A stretch of DNA of 63,980 nucleotides, filler included, from Chiloscyllium plagiosum (Eukaryota): assembly GCF_004010195.1 (NCBI RefSeq). It is 5 parts of one record of this genome, joined end to end, with 100 filler letters (N's around TTAATTAATTAA, not from the genome) between each part and the next. Parts side by side here need not be neighbours in the genome. Positions count along the whole stretch, not along the records: positions 24,941 to 29,475 come from NC_057710.1; positions 29,576 to 40,835 come from NC_057710.1; 3 more parts are not named here. One strand, written 5' to 3'. A model generated the notes under the pieces. It did not search any database. It was not told the origin of the DNA and worked only from the letters and a program-made list of their open reading frames with translations. A program made the position numbers and the translations under genes. Below, piece after piece: positions 24,941 through 36,140 of this stretch. The first letter of the stretch is position 1. The number at the start of each line of letters is the position of its first letter.

Positions 24941-26772
24941 GCAAAGTACTTATTGAGTTCTCCTGCTATTTCCTTATCTCCCATCACTAGCCTTCCAGCA
25001 TCAGTTTGAAGTGGCCCAATGTCTACTTTTGCCTGTCGTTTGTTTCTTATGTATTGAAAGAAACTTTTAGTATCATTTCTAATATTACTGGCTAGCCTCC
25101 CTTCATATTTGATCCTCTCCTTCCTTATTTCTCTCTTTGTTATCCTCTGTTTGTTTTTGTAGCCTTCCCAATCTTCTGATTTCCCAGTGCTCTTGGCCAC
25201 TTTATAGGATCTCTCTTTTTCTTTGATACATTTCCTGACTTCCTTTGTCAGCCATGGCTGTCCAATCCCTCCCCGGATAATCTTTCTTGGGGATGAACCT
25301 CTGTACAGTGTCCTCAATTATATCTACAAACTCCTGCCATGTTTGCTCTACTGTCTTCCCCTCTAGGCTCTGCTTCCAGTCGATTTTCGTCAGTTCCTCT
25401 CTCATGCCCTCGTAATTACCTTTATTTAACTATGACACCATTACATCCGATTTTGCCTTCTCTCTTACTACCCTTGAGGACTTCCTGTTTAAACTCCTGC
25501 CTAACTTTCTATATTCTCCCCTTCCTATGTCGTTGGCACCAAGTGTACAATGTACTCCAGCTGGTCCCTTTCCCCTTTGAGAACATTCTGCCTCAGAGAA
25601 TGTTCTCAAAGGGGAACACCCTCTCTGATATATCCTTGATCCTGACACCAGGGAGGCAACACACCATTCTGATTTTTTGCTGCTGCCCGCAGAAATGTCT
25701 GTCTGAGCCCCTGAGTAGACAGTCCTCTAACACAATCAATAGCTTGGAACCCAATGTACCCCTCATTACATTAGAGTCTGTGTTGTTACCAAACACTTTG
25801 CTGTTCATGCTGCATTCCCCTGAAAGTCCACCGCCCCCCACATTTTCCAAATCAGCATACTGTTTGAAATGGGGATAGCCACAGAAGACTCCTGTGCTAC
25901 CTGCCTACCTCTCCTACCTTTCTTGGAGTTAACCCACCTACCTGACTGTATCTGCAGTTTTTCTCCCTTCCTATAACTGCCATCCATCACAGCCCCTAGC
26001 TCTTGTAAATTCCTCATTGCCTCTAACTGTCCTCCAACCAATCCATTCAATATGACAGGATTCGCAACCAACAACATTTGTTGCAGATATAATCCTCAGT
26101 AATTCTTAAACTCTCTTGAAATTCCTACATTCAACAAAAGCATATCACTCTATTAAAAGTTATTTTGCTCCTTCCAATCTACAGACACAGAAAATAGCAC
26201 CGTCTTATTGCTCTACAAAACACTGCTCCAGGCTAATTTAATATTTATTGCTTATATTTTTAAAATTTAATAAAGAGACAGATCCCAATAAAAACATTTC
26301 ATCAAGAAAGAACCCACTCTATTTACTATTGTAGATTTACAGCAAGGCTGTACTTAAAACTATTTACTTGTCTGTTTCTGTGCTGTGACCAAAGAGGTTC
26401 CTCCAAGATCAGTTGGGAATTTCGCTGTTTGTTAAGTTTTCCTAAACACATTGCGATGTACTGCGATCATGAGTTCAAACAGCAAAGGCAGTAACTGCGC
26501 AGCTTCACTGCTGTGTCAGTTAGCAGTGTGGGTTTCTTTCTCTCTCTCCCTTACAGACCATGTGCTTGCTGCCTTTGTCTGTCTTTCTCCCTTTTAAAAG
26601 TGCTGTTGTTTTGACTTTTTTTTTTCAAAGTTCCAAAACAAAGCATACAAAACAATAATTACTGCTCCTGGAATTCGAGGAAATCACCTCCAGCACCTAA
26701 AATACCTCAAAAAAGGAGCAACCTGTTACAGCCAGAAATTTTTCCCATTCTCCATCTTGGATTATCCAGAAT
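24941..26772 (-). mobile_element. CR1 LINE 5' portion (5'UTR, ORF1 esterase, ORF2 fragment)
   Basis: CCLPGVRIKDISER and GANDIG (SGNH-type ORF1); PWLTKEVR..KSFFQYIRNKR (ORF2); the 5'UTR is homologous to 55245-55462. Confidence 0.8.
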
Positions 26773-28944
26773 CCTTTGTCTAACCTGAAGCCATAAAACT
26801 TCATGGGGTCCAGAATCAGTGCTGAGAACTCCCAGGGCAACTCCCTCACGACTGCATATCACTGTGCCGCCATTTCTGCTGGGTCTGTCTGTTGGTGAGA
26901 CAGAACATATACAAGGATGGTGATGGTGGTGTCTGGGACATTGTCTGTAAGATATGATATGTCAGGCTGTTGCTTGATTAATCCGTGAGACAGTTCTCCC
27001 AATTTGGCACTCGCCCCCAGATGTTAGTAAGGAGGACTTTGCAGGGTCAACAGGGCTGTTCCTACTGTTGCCTTTTCCAGTGCCTCGAATCGATGCCAAA
27101 TGGTCTGTGCAGTTTCTTTATTGAGCTTTCATAGCAATTAATTCAGCTGAGTAGCTTGCTGGGTCATTTCATAGGGCAGTTGAGAGTCAACCACATTGCA
27201 GTGGTTCAGTCATATGTAGGCCAGACCAGGTGAGTATCCTTCCCTGAAGGACATCAATGTGCCAGATGAGTTTTTCCAACAATTGACAATGGTTGTATGA
27301 TCATCAATAGATTCTTATTGCGGACTTTTAAAAAAAAAATCTGGTATTGGCAGCATTTGTACCCAGGTCCCCAAAAAATTAGCTGATTTTATGGATTAAC
27401 ACTCTAGCAATAATACCACAAGGCCATCACCTCCCTTGTAAATTTGACAAAAACTTCAAATGCCCTCTTTCCTGCAACTGGATGCCACAGACAGAAAGCA
27501 CATTACCCACTTCAGATTGAAATCAGAGTGTTTCTTTAAATAATATTAAGCTTTTCAAGTTTAAAAGAAAATGCTGTCCCCCATCCATAACACAACCGCA
27601 GGCAGCTGACAAAATCTTGCCAAACCTTCTCAATGGAAAGTGAAAAACACTTTGAAACATAATCGTACAGTGAGAGGAAAGAGGAATTAATACAATTGGG
27701 AACTCAGCCTCAGAGAATTGAATGAATTGTCTGGGAACTGCTGTTTCTTTTCACTGATATGAATCACGACTACCAGCTGTGTCAATTTTTTAATCTATAG
27801 ATTTTGAAGTGTTGGTGCCTTGGAAACACAATGTGGTGTTAAGTTACACAGAACAAGGGTGCAGTGTGTACTCCTACTCCAGTGTGTGTGTGTGCGCTTT
27901 TCAGTGGAGTCACTCAAAGCTGGATAAGAATGAGGTGGACAGAATGCAAGCCGGCAAGGGGGGCAAGTTAAGTGATTCACTGTTTAGGATGGTCAAGGAG
28001 GCCAGGATAAATTGTGTCCGAAGTGGATGTCAGGTCGAGCAGTGGGGATGTTGGGGGTGGGGAGGTGGGGTGGGAATGATGTGATGCAGTCGATGGAAGA
28101 AGATTGGGACCCATAGCAGTGGGACACCGGTCAGGGCGAGAAAGTAACCATCTGGCCGTAGAAGTTTGGCAGCAACAGTCAGGTCAGTGACTGGGAGGTG
28201 CAACGGGTCTGGCGTTGTCCTTTTTTTCAACTATTCTGTCCAATCTTCTGATCTGTCCCTGGCTTTGCAGAATTACTGTTCCTTAATATTGGCAGTAACC
28301 TTAACATTTCTAGTTAATGACAGATTAAAGGTTAATCTTTTGGCAATTTTCTTACTCAACAGAATTTATGATCTCGACAAGATAGACAAGATAAAAGCAA
28401 AATACTGGGGATGGTGAAACCAACACAGAATATGCTGTGGAAACTCAATAGGTTTGGCAGCAGCTTTGAAGGGAGAAATTCGCACTGAATCAAATATGGC
28501 TCTTTTATAGAAAGATGTGGGAGAGTCAAGAGGAGGGGACAGAGTTTTAAAATTACAGAAACAAGAATTTTTTTTCATTCAGATGGTTGTCCAAATTTGG
28601 AACTCTCTTCCTCAGAAGGCAATAGAAGCAAAATCATTGAATACTTTTAAGACAAAGTTAGACAAGATAACTCAGAACACAAACAGATCAGTCATATTAT
28701 TTTGCAGTACAGCAGGCTTGAGGGACCAAATAACCTGCTTCTGCTCCTGATTAACAAGGTGTGGACAGAATAACATTCCAAGACTCACAGCTGTTGCTTG
28801 CAAGAAGGACTCAAAACATTAAGATCTAGTCTGTGGGCTCATGCATTTTCGCTTATTGTATGTAAATAAATAATTGGTGTCTGTCATAGTTTTTCTACCC
28901 AAAATGACCTTGAATGATTTATGCAGTAGCTTTAGAAAATTGTG

Positions 28945-29475
28945 AATGTGGATCCAGAAGTCTAAGATCCACAAGCCTGACCACCCTGGCCGACCCATTG
29001 TCTCAGCATGCTCCTGCCCCACTGAACTCATCTCTACCTACCTCGACACTGTCCTATCTCCCCAGTCCAGGAACTCCCCACATATGTTCGAGACACCACC
29101 CAAGCCCTCCACCTCCTCCAAGACTTCCGTTTCCCCGGCCCCCAACGCCTCATCTTCACCATGGATATCCAATCCCTCTACACCTCCATCCGCCATGACC
29201 AGGGCCACCAAGCCCTCCGTTTCTTACTCTCCAGACGTTCCCAACCGTACCCCTCCACCGATGCTCTCATTCGTTTGGCCGAACTGGTCCTCACCCTTAA
29301 CAATTTCTCCTTTGAATCCTCCCACTTCCTCCAGACCAAACGGGTAGCCATGGGCACACGTATGGGCCCCAGCTATGCCTGTATCTTTGTTGGCTATGTA
29401 GAGCAGTTGATCTTCCGTAATTACACAGGCACCACTCCCCACCTCTTCCTCCGCAACATTGATGACTGCATTGGC
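28945..29475 (+). mobile_element. Penelope-like reverse transcriptase fragment (ends at a gap)
   Basis: KIHKP..PGRPIVS, MDIQSLYTSI, NNFSF, AMGTRMGPSYA, LRNIDD. Confidence 0.92.
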
Positions 29476-29579
29476 NNNNNNNNNNNNNNNNNNNNNNNNN
29501 NNNNNNNNNNNNNNNNNNNTTAATTAATTAANNNNNNNNNNNNNNNNNNNNNNNNNNNNNNNNNNNNNNNNNNNNAGTG

Positions 29580-30480
29580 GAGGCGGGATTGGGATTGGGA
29601 TTGGGGGGGGGGGGGGGAAGAGATGGTCGGGTTTACTGGGAGGATGGTCCCTTACCTGAGCTGATCTTCCCCGCTCGTATCACTCTCCTCCGCCTCATCG
29701 TCCTCCACGACCGCTTCCAAGCCGCCGCCTCCTCCCGCCGGCGAGCCGGGCACTGCGATCGGCTTCACCCCGCGGACACAGGCGGCCTCGGACGGTGCCG
29801 AAGCCGGAGCCTCGGTGAGCGGCTGCCCCTGGGCTACAGCAACGGCCACCGCCAGAAAGAGACGGAGTAGACAGCGGCCCAAGGGGCCGAACCGAAGACA
29901 GGAATCCATAAATCGGACATGAACGACAGGAGCAGCAGACCCAACGGCAGCTGCTAACACCCGGAAAACTCTCAAATCCGGCCCTTCTCCTCTCTGTTTG
30001 TTATGGTCCGTTAGGAAGGGACTGTGGGCGGGGCTTACCGGCAACCCCTTCCCGTCCATCGATTGGTCAGCATCGACGTCACTCCGATGGGTACTACCAA
30101 TACCGGATCGGATCATGGCATTAGAGCCCACCCTCAAGTGTCCGATTGCACAATACCAATGTCACTCACATTCCGCGACCACTCATCGGCGTTTCCCTTA
30201 GGGGCGGGGATCTTTGTCTTGTGATTGGTCAAGGGGCTGGCCGCCCGCTCTGCGTTTGCCCAATCGGCTGTGGGCGCATACGGCGGGCCGCCAGGCCGCC
30301 TCTTCACGTCCCGAGCCTCCCCGCTCTGACCAATGAGTGGAGGGATGGGGCGGGTGACGCGAGCGGTTGGTCTCGTGATGCCCTGACACCGTTCATTCCT
30401 GACGGTGGTGTGCCTTCCTGATTGGAGGAACGGCTCGAGGGTGTCACCACGGAGACGTGGCCGTTTCCAGCGAGGCGTTG
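29580..30480. promoter_or_regulatory. CpG island and TATA-less promoter of the putative EIF2AK3
   Basis: High GC and CpG density in an otherwise CpG-depleted window. CCAAT/ATTGG boxes near 30062, 30098, 30156, 30224, 30260, 30330 and 30421; GC boxes (GGGCGG) near 30026, 30202 and 30348. Confidence 0.85.
29656..29909 (-). CDS. EIF2AK3: First coding exon, probably EIF2AK3 (PERK, ER-stress eIF2-alpha kinase)
   Basis: ATG at 29909 gives MDSCLRFGPLGRCLLRLFLAVAVAVAQGQPLTEAPASAPSEAACVRGVKPIAVPGSPAGGGGGLEAVVEDDEAEESDTSGEDQL-R. This has a hydrophobic signal peptide and ends at a consensus donor CAG|GTAAG in phase 2 inside an Arg codon, within a CpG island. From memory of human PERK exon 1, APTAEAA resembles APSEAA, EVTVED resembles EAVVED, and that exon also ends phase 2 in an Arg codon before SLVIISTLDG. 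The exon itself is well supported; the gene name rests on recalled similarity. Confidence 0.72.
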
Positions 30481-30549
30481 GTTATAGGAAAGGGAGGAGC
30501 AATAGGAGAGAGAATGAAATATAGGGAGGAGGCGCCTGAAGAAAGGCCG

Positions 30550-31090
30550 TAGAGTCCATATAGTGTGGACAAACGCTATTTGCCCTATCAGTCCACACCA
30601 ACGTTATGAAGAGTAACCCACCCAGACCCATTATTTATTTTACATTTCCTCTGACTAATGCACCTAACCTACACATCCCTGAACACTATGGCCAATTCAC
30701 TTGACCTAAACATCCCTGAACACTATGGCCAATTCACCTAACCTACTCATCCTTGAACACTATGGCCAATTCACTTGACCTAAATATCCCTGAACATTAT
30801 TGCCTATTCACCTAACCTAAACATCCCTGAACACTATGGCCAATTCACCTAACCTACTCATCCTTGAACACTATTGCCTATTCACTTAACCTTTATTCCT
30901 GATAAAGGGCTTTTGCCCGAAACATCGATTTTCCTGCTCCTCGGATGCTGCCTGAACTGCTGTGCTCTTCCAGCACCACTAATCCAGAATCTGGTTCCCA
31001 GCATCTGCAGTCATTGTTTTTACCTATTCACTTAATCTAAACATCCCTGAACACTATGGCTAAATAAACTAACCTGCACAACCTTGAACA
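30550..31090 (-). repeat. HE1-SINE-derived 37-bp tandem array with a Penelope pLTR inserted (~30893-31023)
   Basis: About 8 copies of ACATCCCTGAACACTATGGCCAATTCACCTAACCT-like units following an HE1 3' part. Confidence 0.85.
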
Positions 31091-31119
31091 TGTCAGACTG
31101 GAAGTATTAACTGTTTTTA

Positions 31120-32300
31120 GACAATAGGTGCAGGAGTAGGCCATTCTGCCCTTCGAGCCTGCACCACCATTCATTATGATCATGGCTGATCATCCTCAAT
31201 CAGTATCCTATTCCTGCCTTATCTCCATAACCCTTGATTCCACTATCCTTGAGAGCTCTATCCAACTCTTTCTTAAACAAATCCAGAGACTGTGCCTCCA
31301 CTGCCTTCTGGAGCAGAGCATTCCATACACCCACCACTCTCTGGGTGAAGAAATTTCTCCCCATCTCTGTCCTAAATCGCCCACACCCTTTTTTTTAAGC
31401 TGTGTCCTCTGGTTCGGGACTCACCCATCAGCGGAAACATGTTTCCTGCCTCCAGAGTATCCAATCCTTTAATAATCTGATACGTCTTAATCAGATCCCC
31501 TCTCAGTCTTCTAAACTCAAAGGTATACAAGCCCAGTCACTCCAATCTTTCAACATAAGATAGTCCCGCCATTCCAGGAATTGACCTCGTGAACCTATGC
31601 TGCACTCCCTCAATAGTCAGAATGTCTTTCCTCAAATTTGGAGACCAGAACTGCACACAATATTCCAGGTGTGGTCTCACCAGGGCCCTGTACAGCTGCA
31701 GAAGAACCTCTTTGCTTCTATACTCAATCCCTCTTGTTATGAAGGCCAGCATCCTATTAGCTTTCTTCACTACCTGCTGTACCTGCATGCTTGCCTGTCC
31801 AGGTCACCCTGTAATCTCGTAACATCGTCTTCACATTTCACCCTGCCACCCAGCTTTGTATCATCAGCAAATTTGCTAATGTTACTATTAATACCATCTT
31901 CTATATCATTAACATATATTGTAAAATGCTGCGGTCGCAGCACTGATCCCTGCCATACCCTACTGGTCACTGCCTGCCATTCCGAAAGGGACCCGTTTAT
32001 CACTACTCTTTGTTTCCTGTCAGCCAACCAATTTTCAATCCAAGTCAGTACTTTGCCCCCAATACCATGCACCCTAATTTTGCTCACTAACCTCCTATGT
32101 GGGACTTTATCAAAGGCTTTCTGAAAGTCTAGGTACACTACATCCACTGGATCTCCCTTGTCCATCTTCAGAGTTACATCCTCAAACAATTCCAGAAGAT
32201 TAGTCAAGCATGATTTCCTCTTCATAAATCCATGCTGACTCTGACCTACCCTGTTACTGCTATCCAGCTGTGTCATAATTTCATCCTTTATAATTGACTC
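31120..32300 (-). mobile_element. CR1 LINE RT and 3' end
   Basis: DVVYLDFQKAFDKVPH, KFADDTKLG, LVRPHLEYCVQFWSP. Confidence 0.9.
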
Positions 32301-33232
32301 CAGTCAAGTTTTTCGGTCTCTTCACTGACTCTGCTGGACCTGCTGAGTTTCTCCAGCACTTTTCAGTTTTTATTTTGGCTTTCCAGGATCTGCAATAGTT
32401 TTAAGCAGACCCCCAGCCCTGTTTTTTTTTCAGAAATAGAAGAGGCTGTATAAACTTACAATAAGTTTTCATGGAATTGATGCTGTCCACAAGGGGGAGG
32501 ATTATTCAGTCCTGTGAAGGATACCTGAAGGGGTGTGCAAAGATGAGAGAGTCAGGAAATTTGAGGGAAACTTCTGTAGGAGAGAGTTATGAGAATGTTT
32601 GACTCTTCACGGGGTGTGTACAGTTGAGAAAAATAGTGAAGCATCAATTAGAGAGCCATATCTTGATGTGATTAGATTATATAGTTTAATGTATAACCTG
32701 TGTTGAATGGTTTATTTGTTTTTTTATTCAAGAAAGGTGGAAGCAGGAAATCATTGTTCAATAGGCTTAACATTTGTCATGGGGAAAATGCTGAATTTAC
32801 TTTATTTTGGATGATATAATGTGTCACTTTGAAAATCTCAATGCAATCATACAAAACATTGGTGAGACCTCTTATGGAATACTACGTGAGGTGCAGGAGA
32901 GTCAACATTTCGGGCAAAAGCCCTTCATCAGGAATGAGGCTTGTGAGCCAAATGTTTAGAGATATAAATGGGAAGGGGTGGTGAGAGTGCGATAGGTGGA
33001 TGGAGGTGGGAGTAATGGTGATGGGTCAGAGAGGAGGGTGGAGTGGATAAGTGGGAAGGAAGATAGACAGGTAAGACAAGTCTTGAGGGCACCACAGGTT
33101 ATACATTAAACTATATAATCTAATCACGTTGGACGGCACCACCCTCATGATCTGTCCTACTTGTCCATCTTCCTTTCCATCTATCTGCTCCACCTCCTCT
33201 NNNNNNNNNNNNNNNNNNNNNNNNNNNNNNNN

Positions 33233-33262
33233 CTGAAGAAGGGCTTATGCCCGAAACGTCGA
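33233..33262 (+). ncRNA. Minimal hammerhead motif in a Penelope pLTR
   Basis: CTGAAGA-A-GGGC-TTAT-GCCC-GAAA-CGTC-GA; the 5' stem I strand is hidden by an N gap. Confidence 0.6.
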
Positions 33263-33714
33263 TTCTCCTGTTCCCTGGATGCTGCCTGACCTATCTACAG
33301 GAAGGATATAGTTATGCTGGAGAGGGTTCAGAGGAGATGTTACCGGACATGGAAAGGCATACCAGGCATTCAATTCAATTCAGTTAATCCAGTTAGGAAC
33401 TCAGGAGCAATGACTGCTGAGACTGGAGCGAATATCGAACTCACTATCAATTGCAGTGGTTGAGGCAAATGATCATTTATGCAGAAGCTGGATAAGTGCA
33501 TCTGAGAGAAAGGAATAGAAGAACTTGTTGATGGGTTTAAATGAATGAGATGGAGACAGAACTCAAACAATAACATGGACCTATCTAGTTCTGCAGAGTC
33601 AAGAGTGTGGTGGAAAAGCACAGCAGGTCAGACAGCATCAGAGGATCAGTAAAATTGATGTAAATCTGGTTCTGCAGAAGAGTCATATTGAACTTGAAAC
33701 ATTAACTAAACTAA

Positions 33715-34826
33715 TGCCATTTACAAGTTCACTGATGTCACCACCATAGTCGGTTGAATCTCAGATGGCCACAAAACAGACTACAGACATCGGTGGACTG
33801 GAAAAATAGTGCACTGAGAACAACCTAGCTGTCAATGCCAGTAAAACCAAGGAACTCATTATTGACTTTTGGCAGAATGTTATTCATGCCCCCCTACACA
33901 TTAACAGTACAGAGGTTGAACGAGTGGAGAGCGTCAAGCTCCTGGGAGTGGTCATTAACAACCTTGAACTGAATTGAATTGAATTTATTGTCATGTGTAC
34001 TGAGCCACAGTGAAAAGCTTTGTATTGTGAGCAGTACAGGCAGATCACATAGTTAAGTAGCATAGATAAGCAAATAATAGGTAAACAGTGGCAAAACAAA
34101 AACACAGGTACAGGCGAATGCTAAGAGATTTTGAGTCCATTCAGTCTTCTAACAACAGTAGTGTATAAATTGTTTCGAAACTGGCTAGTGCATGTGTTCA
34201 GGCTTCTGTACCTTCATCCCGATAATAGAGATTGTTTCTTGGACTCTTCACGTGGACACACTGGTTACAAAGGCCCAACAATGTCTCTTCTTCCTCAGGC
34301 AGCTGAGAAAATTTGGCATGACGGCAAATACCTTTGCCAACTTTTATAGGTGCGCCATCGAGAGCATTCTGTCTGGATGTATCACTACCTGGTGTGGCAA
34401 CTGTATCATTCAAGATAAGAGACAGAGAGTGTGAACTCGGCCCGGACAATCACAAAAGCCAACATCCCATCTATAGAATCCATCTACCAGGCCCATTGTC
34501 AAGGGAAGGCCGCCAGCATTCTCAAAGATCCATCCCACCCTGGCAATGTTTTTCTACAACCTCTACCATCAGAGAGAAGGTACAGAAACCTGAACACATG
34601 CACCAGCTGGTTTTGAAACAGTTTCTACCCTACTATTGTTAGAATACTGAATGGATTCAAAAACTCTTCACTTTCGCCTGCACCTGTGTTTTTGTTTTGC
34701 CACTGTTTACCTATTATTTACTTATCTATATTACTTAACTATGTAATCTGCCTGTATTGCTCCCAAGGCAAAGCTTTTCACTATGCCTCAGTACACATGA
34801 CAATAAATTCAATTCAATTCAATTCA
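33715..34826 (+). mobile_element. Rex1/Babar non-LTR retrotransposon 3' part
   Basis: KTKELIIDF, KAQQCLFFLRQLRKF, FYRCAIESILSGCITTW, ILKDPSHP; (AATTC)n tail. Confidence 0.85.
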
Positions 34827-36010
34827 AGGTTTGAGTTACAAAGAAAGACTGGATAGACTGGGACTTTCTTTCACTGGAGCGTAGCAGGTTGAGAGGTCAC
34901 TTTACCAAAGTTTATGAAATTATGAGGGGTATAGATAGAGTTAACACTAGATGACATTTCCCTAGCATGTGGGATTTCAAGGCATAAGAACTAGGAGCAG
35001 GAGTAGGCCCTTCGAGCCTGCTCCGCCATTCAATAAGATCATGGCTGATCTTTTCATCGCCTCAGCTCCACTTACCCTTCCTCTCTCCATAACCTTTAAT
35101 TCCTTTACTATTCAAAAAAGTATCTATCTTTCCTTTAAGCATATTTACTATTTCACTACGCAGGGAATTTCATACATTAATAATCCTTTGGGTGAAGATG
35201 TTCCTTCTCAATTCAGTCCTAAATCTGCTTCCCCTAATTTTTTGGTTATGCCTTCTTGTCCTAGTTTCACCCGCCAGTGGTAACATCTTCTCTACCTCTA
35301 TCTTGTCTATTCCCTTCATAATTTTATGTTTTTATAAGAGGCCCCCATCATCTAAATTCTAATGAATATAATCCCAGTCTACTCAGTCTCTCCTCATAAT
35401 CCAACCCTTTCAACTCCAGAATCAACCTAGTGAACCTCCTCTGCACCCCCTCTACTGTCAGTATATCCTTTCCCAAGTAAGGAGACCAAAACTGCATGTC
35501 GTACTCCAGGTGTGGCCTCACCAGACCCTATACAGTTGCAACATAACCTCCCTGATTTTAAATTCAATCTCTTTGGCAATGAAGGACAAAATTCCATTTG
35601 CTTTCCTAATTACCTGTTGCACCTGCAGACCAAACCTCTGTTATTCATGCACAAGAATACCCATGTCCCTTTGCACACCAGCATGTTGTAAGACTAGGGG
35701 TGTACATTTTTAAGGTGAGAGGAAAGAGATTTAAAATAGACATGAGGGGCAAATTCTTTTACAGTATGGTCTGGGTGTGGAATGAACTTCCTGAGGAAGT
35801 AGTGGAATTGGGTTCCAATACTACATTTAAAATTCATTTGGATAAGCACATGTTAGAAAGGTTTGAAGGGATATTGGCCAGGAGCAGGCAGAACTAGTTT
35901 AGTTTGGGATTATGTTTAGCATGGACTGTTTGGAGCAAAGGGTCTGTATCTGTGCTGCAAAGGTTCTGTGAAACAATAGCAGAAATTGCTGAACTGAAAC
36001 TGTTCAGAAC

Positions 36011-36140
36011 AATTCTGAAGAAGGGTCACTGGACCCGAAATGTTAACTTTGCTTTCTCTCCACAAACAACACAAGACTTGCTGGATTTTTCCAATAATTT
36101 CTTTTTACGATTTCCGGCATCTGCAGTTTTTTTTTGTTTG
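36011..36140 (+). mobile_element. Penelope-like terminus (third family) with hammerhead motif
   Basis: CTGAAGA-A-GGGTC-ACTG-GACCC-GAAA-TGTT-AA at 36015-36046. Confidence 0.65.

Noticed and set aside
28789..28830. Possible exon 2 on the minus strand (CAG|ACTAG...GCT|GTGAGT)
   Set aside because: No polypyrimidine tract, and the peptide LDLNVLSPSCKQQ does not resemble PERK exon 2.
29652..30137. 161-aa ORF as a complete gene, including in-frame ATGs at 30116 and 30059
   Set aside because: The upstream part runs through promoter motifs and its stop lies in the splice donor. The signal peptide follows ATG 29909.
30020..30465. Canonical ERSE (CCAAT-N9-CCACG) in the promoter
   Set aside because: None of the CCAAT boxes I checked has CCACG at the required spacing.
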